Below are positions 37,269 through 49,636 of a stretch of DNA of 64,000 nucleotides, piece by piece. Under the pieces are notes generated by a model. That model saw nothing but the letters and a program-made list of their open reading frames with translations. It was not told the DNA's origin and ran no database searches. Both the position numbers and the translations under genes were made by a program. The stretch is from positions 168,270,001 through 168,334,000 of the forward strand of contig CM059425.1 of NCBI GenBank assembly GCA_030390025.1. The letters are read 5' to 3'. The stretch's first letter is position 1; every line of letters begins with the position of its first letter. This stretch comes from Squalus acanthias (taxonomy: Eukaryota).

Positions 37269-39154
37269 ATGGTTACGGCTGTTCCCATTCCCAGGGAGAG
37301 AGCTCGTCGGTTCACAGACATGGCATTGGAGGCTGGAGTGGAGCGAAGGAGGGCATTGCTGTTCCTGGCCACTGGAAGGAGGCCATCACCTCAGGTGTTC
37401 AGGGCAATGTGGAGGGAAGTGTCCCAGGAGATCTCGCCAGTAGTGTGGTGGAACGCAGCCTGACACAGTGCCACAAGAAATTCAACGACCTCAGTCGGGT
37501 GGTCAAGGTGAGTACATGCTTCAACAGCTCCTACATACCAGCATCTGAACCTCAGTCTGTGCACACTGCGCCAACAACCACACCGCCACCACTCACCCAC
37601 CAAATATCTTCACCTACTCAAACTCACATCCACATCTCATGCCTTGCCTACAATCACAGCTATTCAACAACGGCAGACATATCTCCCAAACACATGGCTG
37701 GTCTCTGACTCAAACACATTTGTTTCTCTTGCAGGCCAAGATGGCCCACAATAGGAGGGAGCAGCAGAGAACAGGCGGGAGTGATGCGCAGCTCCAGCAG
37801 CTCTTAGACTTGGAGGAGCGAGTGCTGAGAGTCGGTGGGCAGCGTGGCCGTCGGCAACGTCGATCCCTTTGGGGGTAACAACGGTATCTTCAGCCCCTCT
37901 CCTTCTCTCATCCCACTTCTCCCTCACACCACAAACCTTTCTCACTTTCCAGCTCATTATACTGTCTGCATTCCTTGTTCCATTCCTGCCCACCTGCCCT
38001 CACCTTAACGCGAGTCTTGTGCCTTTATGCTTTCAGATAATCAGCAACTAGATGACCAGCCTATCCCTGAGCCCCCCACTGAGAGTGAGGCGGAAGAAGA
38101 GGAGGAGGAGCAAAGCACCGCGTCACTGCATCTCTCACCCGCAGGCACCACCTCAGATACTGGCACTACGCAATCTTTAGAGGCAAGTTTAGTAGAGGGG
38201 TCTGCACTGGGTGATGCACCGGGGACGAACGGGCTACAGCAAGGCCAGGGGGAAAGGGTAGCTCGGGAGCCAGCTCCCTGGAGGGCGAGTTCGCGTGCAA
38301 GTTCTGCTGCACAGGACTCAGATGAGGACCTCGATGGGGAGGCATTCACAAGAAGGGTGATGGCCATGCACACTGAGATGATAGGTGCAATGGCAAGGGT
38401 GCCTGTGAGCCTCTCGACAATGGTAAGGAGCGTGGAGGTGTCCGTCTCCAACATTGCACAGAGCTCTTCACACACCATGGAGCCCATCATTTCTACTGTG
38501 CAGAGGATGGTGGACTCCCAGAGAGACCGTGCGGATCCAGTCCTCATGATGTGTGTCATGGGCGATGTGGCAATTTCCATTGCAGCACAGGCGAAAGCGA
38601 CGCAACGTCTTAATGCTGTCATACAGTCAATGGTTGATGCCATCGAGTCTCGGACTGCTCTCATGCAGTCTCAGCTTGATGCCACAAAAGATCTGACTGC
38701 TGCCATCGTCGCTGGGTTCACCACAGTCCACCGGGGATCTCATGGTGTCACAGCAGGCCAGCAATCTGTGCTCCAGCAGATTGGTAAGGATGCTGAGGTG
38801 CTGCCCTGGGGGAGTTGGAGTGAGTCAGTGGAGCAGGAAGCTGCGGTCCTCTCTCAGGATGACAGCATTCCTGATCCCACCACTGCCACTCCGTCATTAC
38901 CCTTATCGCTGCCTGTCATCCAGCCAGCCCAGACTGCTGCCGCCCAGCCTGAGGTGTTGCAGTGTACAGCTGGGCCTTCCAGGCCCAGAGCTGGTCGAGG
39001 GCATCCTGCAAGGCCATCTGAAGTCTCTGGCACCGACACTCAGCAGCCTTCCACCAGCCCTGCTGCAGCCACTGGGGAGACACTACGTAGGAGCGGTAGA
39101 TTAGGAAAGGGGATTGTAAAGAGGGGAGGCAAGTGTTTGCACAAGGGTGATTAG
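37269..39154 (+). pseudogene. Harbinger Myb/SANT gene of element C; exons 37269-37507, 37735-37883, 38037-39154
   Basis: Exon 1 RERARRFTD...QCHKKFNDLSRVVK|GTGAGT; TTGCAG|AKMAHNRREQQRTGG; ACG|GTATCT...TTTCAG|AT. Exon 3 is fully open (~372 aa). Exons 1 and 2 have frameshifts. TIR-like GGGGTGAAATT at ~36943. Confidence 0.85.
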
Positions 39155-39319
39155 TTAATATTGTTGTTGTATCTATGTGGTTAATGGTTTTGGATAAATT
39201 TATTCCTGGAATGTTGGAGATTTGGTGCTGTGTCTCATTTCAGTTCTGGGGTGTGGTATGGAATCACAAAGTGATGGAATGATGGCGACGTGCTCAGCAA
39301 CCGGAACAAGGACTCAAAG

Positions 39320-39730
39320 TCACTGGAAACGAAGTCTGATGAGGCGGTCACGGACCGACCTTGCAGAACGCCGATTGAGTGGCTGCCTCCTCCATCGCTA
39401 CTGTTCGTCCTCCTGTTCCTCCTGCTCCTTTTTTTCCTCTTCCTCCTCATCCTCGTCCTCGTCCTCCTCCTCCTGAGGTGGTGGAGTTATGCCTGGTGGC
39501 AATGGCTGCACCCTCATAATGGCCAAATTGTGCAGCATGCAGCAGACGATGACGAAAAGTGACACCCGCTCAGCCGAGTACTGGAGGGTTCCTCCCGAGC
39601 AGTCAAGGCAGCGGAACCGTTGCTTGAGCACTCCGATGATCTGCTCAATGATGTTTCTGGTGGCAGCTTGGCTCTCATTATATGAGTGCTGGCCAGGAAT
39701 GTTGGGGTTGCGGAGGGCGGTCATGAGCCT
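39320..39730 (-). pseudogene. Harbinger transposase C-terminus of element C, convergent with its Myb gene
   Basis: YNESQAATRNIIEQIIGVLKQRFRCLD..LQYSAERV..VCCMLHNLA plus an acidic tail. Confidence 0.88.
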
Positions 39731-39737
39731 TGGAGAG

Positions 39738-40722
39738 AATCACCTGCAATTGCTTCTCTTCCTGCTCCCGCACCGTTACCTTTGGTGTCCCCCAAATATC
39801 TATTCTTGACTTCCTCCTATTTTTCATCTACATGCTGCCCGTTGGTGACATCATCTGAAAACACATCAGGTTCCACATGTACGCTGACGACACCCTGCTC
39901 TACCTCACCACCACTTCTCTCGACCCCTTCACTCTCTCTGATTTGTCATGCAGCTTGTCTGACATCCAGTATTGGATGAGCAGAAATTTCCTCCAATTAA
40001 ATATTAGGAAGAACGAAGCCATTGTCTTCGGTCCCCGTCACAAACTCTGTTCCCAAGCCATCAACTCAATCCCTCTCTCTGGCCACTGTCTGAGGCTGAA
40101 GACTGTTTGCAACCTTGTCAACTGAGTTGAACCACAGAGCCCATATCCTCTCCATCACCAAGACCGCCTACTTCCACCTCCGAGACATTGCCTGACTCCA
40201 CCCCTACCTCAGCTCACCTGCTGCTGAAACCCTCATCCATGCCTTTGTTAACTCTAGACTCGACAATTCCAATGCTCTCCTGGCTGGCATTCCATCTTGC
40301 ACCCTCCGTAAACTTGACCTCATCCAAAACACTGCTGCCTGTGTCCTAACTCGCACCAAGTCCTACCCACCCATTACGGCTGTGCTTGCTGACCTATATT
40401 GGCTCCCAGTTCAGGAAGACCTTGATTTTAAAATTCTAATCCTTGGTTTCAAATTGCTCCATAGCCTTGCCCCTCCTTATCTTTGTAACCTCCTCCAGCC
40501 CTACAACCCTCCGAAATCTCTGTGCTCCTCCAATTCTGGCCTCTTACTCATCCCCAATGTTCTTCGCTCTACCATCGGTGGCTGTGCCTTCAGCTGCCTA
40601 GGCCCTAAGCTCTGGAATTCCCTCCAGAAACTTCTCCGACTCTCTACCTCTCGCTCCCCCTTTCAAGACCCGCCTTGAAACATACCTCTTTGACCAAGCT
40701 TTTGGTCATCTGTCCTAGTATG
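39738..40722 (+). mobile_element. L2 LINE 3' fragment
   Basis: MYADDTLLY, FLQLNI and LADLYWLP; homologous to 1761-3020. Confidence 0.85.
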
Positions 40723-41560
40723 TTATGTATATTAGCTGGCTTCAAGACAGAAAGCAGAGAGTAGGGGTAAAAGGGAGCTATTCACAGTGGCAGAAGGTGG
40801 GACGTGGTGTCCCACAAGGATCAGTGCTGGGACCAATGTTGTTCATAATTTATATTAACAATTTAGATTTTGGAATCAAAAACACAATTTCTAAATTTGT
40901 GGATAACACCAAATTGCAGGGGATAGTCAATACTGAGGAGGACTACAACAAATTACAGGAGGACATTAATAAACTTGAAGAATGGGCACATAATTGGCAA
41001 ATGTAATTCAACACAAATAAATGTGAGGTATTACATTTTGGTAAGAAAAATAGGGAGTTCACTTATTACTTGGAAAATATGAATCTAAGTGGGGTAGAAG
41101 AGCAAAGGGATCTGGGAGTACAAATACACAAATCACTGAAAGTAGTGACACAGGTTAACAAGGCCATAAAAAAAGCAAACCAAGCACTAGGGTTTATTTC
41201 TAGAGGGACTGGATTGAAAAGTAGAGAAGTTATGATAAACTTGTATCGAACCTTGGTTAGACCACACTTGGAGTACTGTGTACAATTCTGGTCGCCATAT
41301 TATAAAAAGGATATAGAGGCACTGGAGAGGGTGCAAAAAAGGTTTACAAGGATGATACCAGAAATGCAAGGGTATACCTATCAGGAAAAGATGAACAGGC
41401 TGGGTCTCTCTTCTCTTGAAAACAGAAGGCTGAGGGGTGACTTAATAGAGGCCTTTAAAATTATGAAAGGTTTTGATCGAGTGGATACAGAGAGAATGTT
41501 TCCACTTGTGGGGAAGAGCAAAACTAGAGGCCATCAATATAAGATAGTCACAAGAAATCA
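40723..41560 (+). mobile_element. CR1 RT fragment
   Basis: PQGSVLGP, LVRPHLEYCVQFW and RGDLIE; closely related to the 52545-54870 CR1. Confidence 0.88.
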
Positions 41561-41569
41561 AATAGGGAA

Positions 41570-42070
41570 GGGCCATTGCTGCAGGCTCTGCATTGGGGCC
41601 AGTTATCTGGTCCCCGACGGCAGCCGCGATCCATCCCAATTAGCCCCATACACTCCAGCAGAGTGCCGGGCTGATCGATCACGGCCCAGGAGAATTGAAA
41701 AAAATTGAGAAAAAACATTTTAGAAATTTTCCTACTTACCTCGGCCACCTTGCCTTTAAGTATCGCCCCGAAGCACCCAGCCTCCCGAAGTACGCCTCCT
41801 GCAGCTGTTGGTGTTTTCGCCCGGCGATGCTGCATGGGGCGGAACCAAAGTTCACGTCCGGGGCGCTACTGGGGCGATGCGCACGGCAATGGCGTCACGA
41901 TCTCCGGGCGCAGGAGATCATGGTGCAAAGTGTTACCGCTGCCGCAAACCTCCCGGCCAAGTTAGCGGGAGTCGTTCATCTCGCTGCGCCCGGGCATTAA
42001 ATCATTAGTGCCCCGATATCGCCCCCCGGGGGCGCTAATGGGAGGCACTAACCCACCGAATTTCTCCCCC
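41570..42070. mobile_element. GC-rich Harbinger terminal region
   Basis: Ends GAATTTCTCCCCC, with GCGCC/GGGGCGCTA subterminal motifs shared with other MITEs here. Confidence 0.6.
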
Positions 42071-42089
42071 CAAATGCTTCTATTCCCTA

Positions 42090-42600
42090 AATGTGCAGCT
42101 CAGTTGCCATAATAGACACAGCTTCATCAGTCCAGTGTCTCAGCTCTATTTCAACAGAAGGGGGCAAGGCTCAGGATGGCTACTGGGTGACATGAGTTAC
42201 CACTATTTCCATGGCTCATATCACCTCTTCATAGGACCAATGGTGCTGCAGAGAAGCACTACAATTAATCACACATAAAGGCAAGGATAAGAATTGGGCA
42301 AGACATCGAGATATTCAAAGGAAGGGCTCAGTGTCTGGATAGGTCTGGGAGGTGCCTTGTTAAATGTGCCCAGCACCATCTTGCCAATAGTAGTACCATG
42401 ATGTGTGTTTAAGAACTTTGCAATCAGGTAAGCACTGATGGGAAAAGACCCTGAGGATGCCAGAGAGCCTGATGACGACATTGCTGATGGTGAAGACCAG
42501 GCCCATGGAGAACAGAAAGCAGGTGCAGTGTCAACAGCTGATAGACAGCTGAGACACAAACTCATTTGGCACAACTTCACAGATGAATAGAGCACTATTA
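42090..42600 (+). pseudogene. Highly decayed Harbinger transposase C-terminus
   Basis: GWLLGDMSY motif; ends LRHKLIWHNFTDE*. Confidence 0.5.
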
Positions 42601-43170
42601 TTTGAAAGTCTCAGCCCATCAAAGATCTGCCTACTCTCACCAACCTCTCTCTGGACTAAATAGAATCGATGCTGTTCACAACTAGCCATCACATCCTAAT
42701 CCTGGGCCTCAATAGAAGCAATTTACCTGTTCCTCATTGTCATACAAGAGAAGCAAACAGCAAGCAGTCCTTGTATCAAATATTCCAGCGATATAATACA
42801 ACTATTTACAAAAGCATTCATTGGTTTTGTCACCATACATGCCCCCTGTGACCACACAAGGTTTTCTCTGCCCTATTCTGACAATTCTTGTATTGCCAGC
42901 TGAGGGCCTGGGGTCTGAGATTTCTGGAATTATATTTTTCCACTGCGCACTAAACAAAGGACAAATCAGCTCCCGTTCAGATAAGGCAGTAATAAGTTTA
43001 ATATAGTCAACATGCTGTTTACTGAAACACACCTTGTAATGTTTTCCAGTAATATTTGTAGATGATTACATCTTGGCTTTTTTGTATGTCCCAAGCCAAC
43101 ACAATTGTTCGTTTTCAGTGACTGCAAAGCATGTTGGTCATAGTTCACTGTTAAATCTCTAACTTCTTCC

Positions 43171-43207
43171 AGTTCTGATGAAAGGTCATCGAGCTGAAAC
43201 GTTAACT
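43171..43207 (+). ncRNA. Minimal hammerhead ribozyme in a Penelope-like repeat (43145-43260)
   Basis: AGTT-CTGATGA-A-AGGTC(ATC)GAGCT-GAAACGTT-AACT. Stem I AGTT/AACT is intact; stem II has one mismatch. Confidence 0.72.
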
Positions 43208-44192
43208 CAGTTTCTCGCTTCACAGATGCTGCCTGAACTGTTTCCAGCATCTTTGGATTGTTGTTTATGTTAGCTTTTCATGTCTCTTAGTTCTGCCGAA
43301 GGGAGTGTATATTATTTAAATAATTATTCAAAAGCACTTAGGTTAGCTATCATTTTGTTTTCGTTGGAGCATGACAAGTGTTGCAGTTAAATTACTACAG
43401 ATCTAGTTTACCAGGAATGTATTACCCAACAAATGCAAGTTTGAACATTGGCTTCAAAAATTTCTAAGCTTAGCTGTTTGCTTCCACTGCATTCCCTCCC
43501 ATTTGGGAGCCACATTCAATTTACTTTGGGTGATAGTCTGGTTCAGCTGGTAGCAAACTTGCATTGGAGTCAATGGGGTGAAATTGTTCTTGGCTGGTGC
43601 TGTAAAATGCGCGATAGTGTCAGAAATGTCAAAAGTTTCAGACGCAGAGAATAAATTATCATGCATATTAGAAAAGATGTTAAGTATGTCATCAGTATTC
43701 GTTCTCAGTGTATTCTCTGTATGTGAGAGTGTTTAAAAGACACTGGGGGGAAAAATATGTGCGCGCCAACAGAAGTGCCGGTGTCACCGGCAACTTGAAT
43801 TAACAGCCGCCGAAAATGGCCGCAGCGCTAACATCGAAAAATTGGCTCTGGAGGTTGGCGATGTGCAGCGCAGCGCTAACTTACCGTGCAACGCCCTCCT
43901 GGTGGCGTTAATGGAGGCCTACGACCCGAAGTTCCCGTCCACAGTCGGCGTTGCTGCTTCTTACAGCCTCTGGGAGCGAGGCTGTGGAGTTTGCAAGGCA
44001 TTGTGGGCAATTAAAGGGCCTATGAATTGAAGAGGAAATGCTAGAAAGTAAAACTAAAACTAGTGGGATTTGGTTAGTTTAAAAAGGAATAAGAGGAGTA
44101 CAGTATACATTGGTCTAAGTAAGCTTCGGGAAAACAAAAGTCAATAAATAAACTAAAACTAGAAAATTAAAAAGTAATATAAGGGTTAAGTC

Positions 44193-45140
44193 ATGGCAGT
44201 AGAGCTCGGACCTGTGTCATGCTCCTCCTGTAACATGTGGGAAATCAGGGACGCTTCCTGTGTCCCTGACAACCATGTGTGCGGGAAGTGTGTCCAGCTG
44301 CAGCTCATGTGGGACCGCATGACGGCCCTTGAGCTGCGGATGGACTCACTTTGGAGCATCCACGATTCTGAGAGGGTTGTGGATAGCACATTTAGTGAGT
44401 TGGTCACACCGCAGGTTAAGGCCAGCGTAGATAGTACATGGGTGACCAAAAGGCAGAGCAAGGGCAGGAAGGTAGTGCAGAAATCCCCTGGGGTTGTCTC
44501 CCTTAGCAACAGGTTCACCGCCTTAGGTGCTGTTGTCGGGGGGGATGACTCATCGGGGGAAGGCACCAGCAGCCAGGCTCATGGCACCATGACTGGCTCT
44601 GTTGCAAAGAAGGGAGGGAAAAAGAGTGGCAGGGCTATAGTAATAGGGGATTCGATTGTAAGGGGAATAGATAGGGGTTTCTGTGGTCGCGACCGAGACT
44701 CCAGGATGGTATGTTGCCTCCCTGGTGCAAGGGTCAAGGATGTCTCGGCGCGGGTGCAGAACATTCTGGAGGGGGAGGGGGAACAGCCAGTTGTCGTGAT
44801 ACATGTTGGTACCAACGACGTAGCTAAAAAAAGGGAAGAGGTCCTACAAGTAGAATTTAGGGAGTTAGGAGCCAAGCTAAAAAGTAGGACCTCGAAGGTA
44901 GTAATCTCTGGATTACTACCAGTGCCACGTGCTAGTAAGAGTACAGAGAACAGGATAGTTAGGCTAAATACGTGGCTTGAGCAGTGGTGTAAGAGGGAGG
45001 GTTTTAAATTTTTGAGGCATTGGAACCAGTTTTGTGGTAGGTGTGACCTATACAAAAGGGACGGTCTACACCTGTGCAAAGATGGAACTGATGTTCTCGG
45101 GGTAATTTTTGATAAAGCAGTTCGGGAGCATTTAAACTAG
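44193..45140 (+). CDS. CR1 ORF1: zinc finger/leucine zipper + SGNH esterase domain, intact
   Basis: ATG start, CxxC..CxxC, IVIGDSIVR, CLPGARVKD, VIHVGTND and DGLHL motifs; 315 aa uninterrupted. Confidence 0.92.
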   Translation: MAVELGPVSCSSCNMWEIRDASCVPDNHVCGKCVQLQLMWDRMTALELRMDSLWSIHDSERVVDSTFSELVTPQVKASVDSTWVTKRQSKGRKVVQKSPGVVSLSNRFTALGAVVGGDDSSGEGTSSQAHGTMTGSVAKKGGKKSGRAIVIGDSIVRGIDRGFCGRDRDSRMVCCLPGARVKDVSARVQNILEGEGEQPVVVIHVGTNDVAKKREEVLQVEFRELGAKLKSRTSKVVISGLLPVPRASKSTENRIVRLNTWLEQWCKREGFKFLRHWNQFCGRCDLYKRDGLHLCKDGTDVLGVIFDKAVREHLN

Positions 45141-47733
45141 TATGGCAGGGGGCTAGAAACCTATGTAGTGAAATAGAGGAAAGTGAAAGGCAGACAGAAA
45201 TAAATGGTAAAAGGGTGAGGAACAAAAAACAAAGGGCCAAACTAATTCATAAAAAATGTGAGCATAAAAAAAGCCTGAGGGTTTTATACCTTAATGCGAG
45301 AAGCATCAGGAACAAGGTAGATGAATTAGCTGTGGAAATAGAGGTTAATAATTATGATCTAATTGGGATTACGGAAACATGGTTGCAGGGTGAGCAGGGC
45401 TGGGAGCTTAACATACAGGGGTATTCAGTATTTAGGAAGGATCGACAAAAAAGAAAGGGAGGAGGGGTAGCATTGCTGGTAAAAGAGGGGATAAATGCAA
45501 TTGAAAGGAAGGATATCAACTCAGTTAATACAGAATCTATATGGGTGGAGCTAAGAAATAGCGAGGGGCGAAAAACATTAATAGGAGTGGTATATAGGCC
45601 TCCAAATAGTAAAATAGAGGTTGGGGAGGGCATCACAAGGGAAATTAGAGAAGCATGCAATAAGAGCACAGCTGTCATCATAGGTGACTTTAACTTACAT
45701 ATAGATTGGAATAGCCTAATCAGTAAAAATAATGAGGAGGAGGAATTCCTTGAGTGTTTAAGGGATGGTTATCTGGATCAATATGTCGAGGAACCAACTC
45801 GGGAACAGGCTATATTGGACTGGGTACTGTGCAATGAGAAGGGACTAATTAGTAATCTTGTTGTACGGGGACCCTTGGGTCAGAGCGATCATAACATGAT
45901 CGATTTCTCACTCGAAATGGAGAGCGAAGAAATTGACTCAGAGACTAAGGTCCTGAATTTAAACAAGGGGAATTATGATGCCATTAGACGGGAACTGAGT
46001 AGGTCTGATTGGACAACGTTCCTGGGAGGACTGGAGGTAGATAAACAATGGCAAGCATTTAAAGATAGAATGACAAAATTGCAAAAATTGTTTATACCAA
46101 TCTGGCATAAAAGGAAATCTAAAAAGGTGACTCAACCGTGGATAACAGGGGAAATTAGAGACAGCATAAAATCCAAAGATAGGGCGTATAAAATAGCCAA
46201 AAAAAGCGCCAGAGCGGAAGATTGGGAACAGTTTAAGATAGAGCAAAGGAGGACAAAGGGCTTAATCAAGAGGGGCAAAATAGCTTACGAAAGCAAGCTG
46301 GCGGAAAATATAAAAACTAACTCCAAAAGCTTTTATAAGTATATCAAGAGGAAAAGACTGGTGAAAACCAAAGTTGGCCCATTGCAGTCAGATACGGGGG
46401 AATATATAACGGGAAATAAGGAAATGGCAGACCAACTAAATGCATACTTTGGGTCAGTCTTTACGAAGGAAGACACAAAAAAAACCCTGGGATATCGGGA
46501 AAAATAGGGACATTGGCAAAGGAGGGACTGACGCAAATCAATATCTCTAAGGATATGGTGTTAAGGAAGCTAAAGGGATTGAAGGCGGACAAATCCCCAG
46601 GGCCTGATAACATGCATCCTAGGGTACTGAAGGAGGTGGCCCTAGAGATAGCGGATGCACTAAGTATGATTTTTCAGAATTCATTAGACTCGGGAACAGT
46701 GCCCATGGATTGGAGGGTAGCTAACGTTACCCCACTATTCAAAAAGGGGGGTAGGGAAAAAGCAGGTAATTACAGACCTGTAAGCCTTACATCAGTTGTG
46801 GGCAAAATGCTGGAGTCCATCATTAAGGATGAAATAGCGGAGCACTTAGCAAATGGGGACAGGATAGGACAGAGTCAACATGGATTTACAAAGGGTAAAT
46901 CGTGCTTTACTAATCTATTGGAATTTTTTGAGGGAGTAACTGGTAAAATAGATGGGGGAGAGCCAGTAGATGTGGTGTACCTGGACTTCCAAAAGGCCTT
47001 CGATAAGGTCCCACATAAAAGATTAGCATGGAAAATTGAAGCTCATGGGATAAAGGGGAAAGTATTGACGTGGATAGAGAACTGGCTGTCGGATAGAAAA
47101 CAGAGAGTTGGAATAAACAGCTCATTTTCTGAATGGCAGGCAGTAACAAGTGGGGTACCACAGGGATCTGTCCTGGGTCCCCAGCTGTTCACAATTTACA
47201 TTAATGACCTGGATCAGGGAGTCGGATGCAGCATTTCCAAATTTGCAGACGACACTAAACTAGGAGGGGGGGTGGGCTCAGAGGAGGAGACCAGGAAGCT
47301 CCAGAGCGATTTGGACAGACTGGGTGATTGGGCGGATAAATGGCAGATGCACTATAATGTGGACAAGTGCGAAGTTATCCACCTTGGGTGCAGGAACGGG
47401 AGGGCAAATTATTATTTAAATGGCAATAAATTGGGAGAGGGGGAAGTACAGAGAGACCTGGGTGTTCTTGTACACCAGTCACTGAAGGCGAGCATGCAGG
47501 TGCAACAGGCGGTCAAGAAGGCAAACGGTATGCTGGCCTTCATAGCAAAAGGGTTGGAATACAGGAACAGGGATACCTTGCTGCAGCTGTACAGGGCACT
47601 GGTGAGACCACACCTCGAGTACTGTGTACAGTTTTGGTCGCCTCATCTGAGGAAAGATGTTCTTGCCATGGAGGGGGTGCAGCGGCGATTCACCAGGCTG
47701 ATACCAGGAATGGCAGGATTGACTCAAAACTAA
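45141..47733 (+). CDS. CR1 ORF2 (APE endonuclease + RT), one frameshift near 46480, 3' end lost
   Basis: YLNARSI, GITETWL, YRPP, GDFN and SDHN in the 430-aa ORF; KSPGPD, QHGF, LDFQKAFD, PQGSVLGP and FADDTK in the 406-aa ORF. The frames shift at an A-run. Homology stops at MAGLT. Confidence 0.92.
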
Positions 47734-47734
47734 T

Positions 47735-49636
47735 AAAAATTAAAATCAAGTGAAAAAATGCATTTTCAGCCCTTACTGCCTTTCAAAATAAACATAAACA
47801 TTAAAAATAATTCCCAAATGGCAGCTTTCAGCTCTTAAAGCTAAATTGTCTTCCACACCTAAGAAAATGATAAAAGTGCATCAGCACTAGCACAAGTGGC
47901 TCAGCAAGCCAAGGAAGGGGCACCAGGGTCTTGCACGCAGCACTCCAGCTTTGTGCAGGGGGTCCTGCAAGAGAGGTCCTCTACCCACAGGGGCCAGGAG
48001 GTCCTCCAGAAAGAACAGTGTGGGACCAGATCATGGAGGCCGTCACTGCCAGCAGTGTTGCCCCCACCAGCTGGTTCTACTGCCCAAAAAAGCTTCATGA
48101 CCTCAAACCAGTGGTCAAGGTCAGTGAATGCATCTTCAAAAGCCGTCTCCTACCAATTGCATCACTAGCCTCACACACTGCTCAATGCATGACTTCTCCC
48201 CATCACTCACCTACCAACAACCTGTATCAATCACAAGGCACATCTCCCATCCTAGTCTCACCTCACCCCCTTGGAGGAGACAGTGTAGGCCATTCTTGGC
48301 AGGGGCATGGCTGAGCCCTTGGCCAGTGCGGGGCTGAAAGGATACAAGATGCTGGTATCCTCATACTTTATCCTCCTTCTGGCATGCACCTCTTGCTTTC
48401 CCGCCCTCCCCTCAACACAACTCCACCCTTGTGTCTTCCTCATTTCACACACCCAAAAAATGCAGCCTGCCCAGCCAGTGGGTGACCAAGAAGAGGGAGA
48501 GGAGAGTGAAGAAGAAGAAGATTGATTTGACACTCCCAGCAAGGCCATTTGCAGTGTCCCTCACTGAAAGTCAACAGCCTTCCACCAGCCATGCTGTAGC
48601 CACTGGGGTAGCACTGCGTGACATCAGTAGGATAGGCAAAGGCACACACAAGAGATTGCATAAGGGTGATGAGAGTTGTTTTCTTGATTTCATATTGGAT
48701 GGATAGATGTATAAAGTTGGATTGGAAAGTTTGCTTTGTGGTGGCTTTTATTTCAGCATCGTGGCCAAGAGGACGGTGTGATGGTCAGTAACAGATGGAA
48801 GGTAAGGAGTGGGATTAATGTTGAAAGGCGAATTGGGGTTGTGGTCACTGGGGCCGCAGGCAGATGATTCCATTCTGGATATCCTGGTCACAAAGGGGCT
48901 ATCTGGGATGCATCCTTCCATCTGCTTCCTCCTCTTCTGCCTCCTTCTCTTCGGCTTCCTCCTCTTCTGCTTCTTCCTCTTCTGTGTCTTCCTCTTTCCT
49001 GTGCAAGCAGATGCTGTAAATCTGAAATACCAGCATAAAATGCTGGAAATACTAAGCAGCTCAGGCAGCATCTTGACCTGAGATGTGAACTCTGTTTCTC
49101 TCTTCATGGATGTTGCCTGACCTGCTGAGTATTTGCAGCATTTTCTGTCTTCTCAGAGGCCTTCCTTTACTATCCAAGGCCTTACAAGAGTCTAGCAGCA
49201 CTCCCTACACACTGAAAAACTTTTAACACCTATTGCAGCAAGCCACTACTTCAATAAAATCAGAAAAACCCAGTCCACAAGCTTAAATCCAAACTCACCT
49301 GAATGATATGTGTGTCCCTTTAAGAGATGCTGACATTGACACTGTCAGCCTGTTTGCACACCAGGTAAACCTGGCATTCTTAGGATCCAGCGCTGAATTC
49401 AACGCTAGGGTCGAAGTTCGAATTGGTGATGTTAAGTTGGCGTTGCACGCCGATTGACGTCACCACGCTGCCATTTTTTTCTCCAGGGCGCTGCCAGTTA
49501 CTGGCAGCGCAAAGCAAGGGAAGGAAACGGCATCCACCACGGGACCCGTCACCAGCTGGCGAAAGAGCGGCGGCCGGCGTTTTAGCGCCATTTCATGGCA
49601 CTAACGTGTGGTGCTGAGGAGACGAATTTCTAGCCC
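47735..49636 (+). mobile_element. Harbinger remnant F with a deleted Myb/SANT gene (47896-48670)
   Basis: MAQQAKEGAP..WDQIMEAV..CPKKLHDL..VK|GT; exon 3 end KRLHKGD; terminus GAATTTCTAGCCC. A small inverted Penelope fragment lies at ~49005-49150. Confidence 0.65.

Noticed and set aside
41548..42008. Overlapping ORFs in GC-rich segments (also 29387-30140 and 5028-5580)
   Set aside because: Stop-poor frames are expected in GC-rich MITE DNA, and they carry no coding signatures.
43033..43148. Open minus-strand frame (VNYDQHALQS...ENITR) as an exon
   Set aside because: The acceptor lies in a Penelope repeat, the donor (GTGTGT) is weak, and the product is not recognisable.
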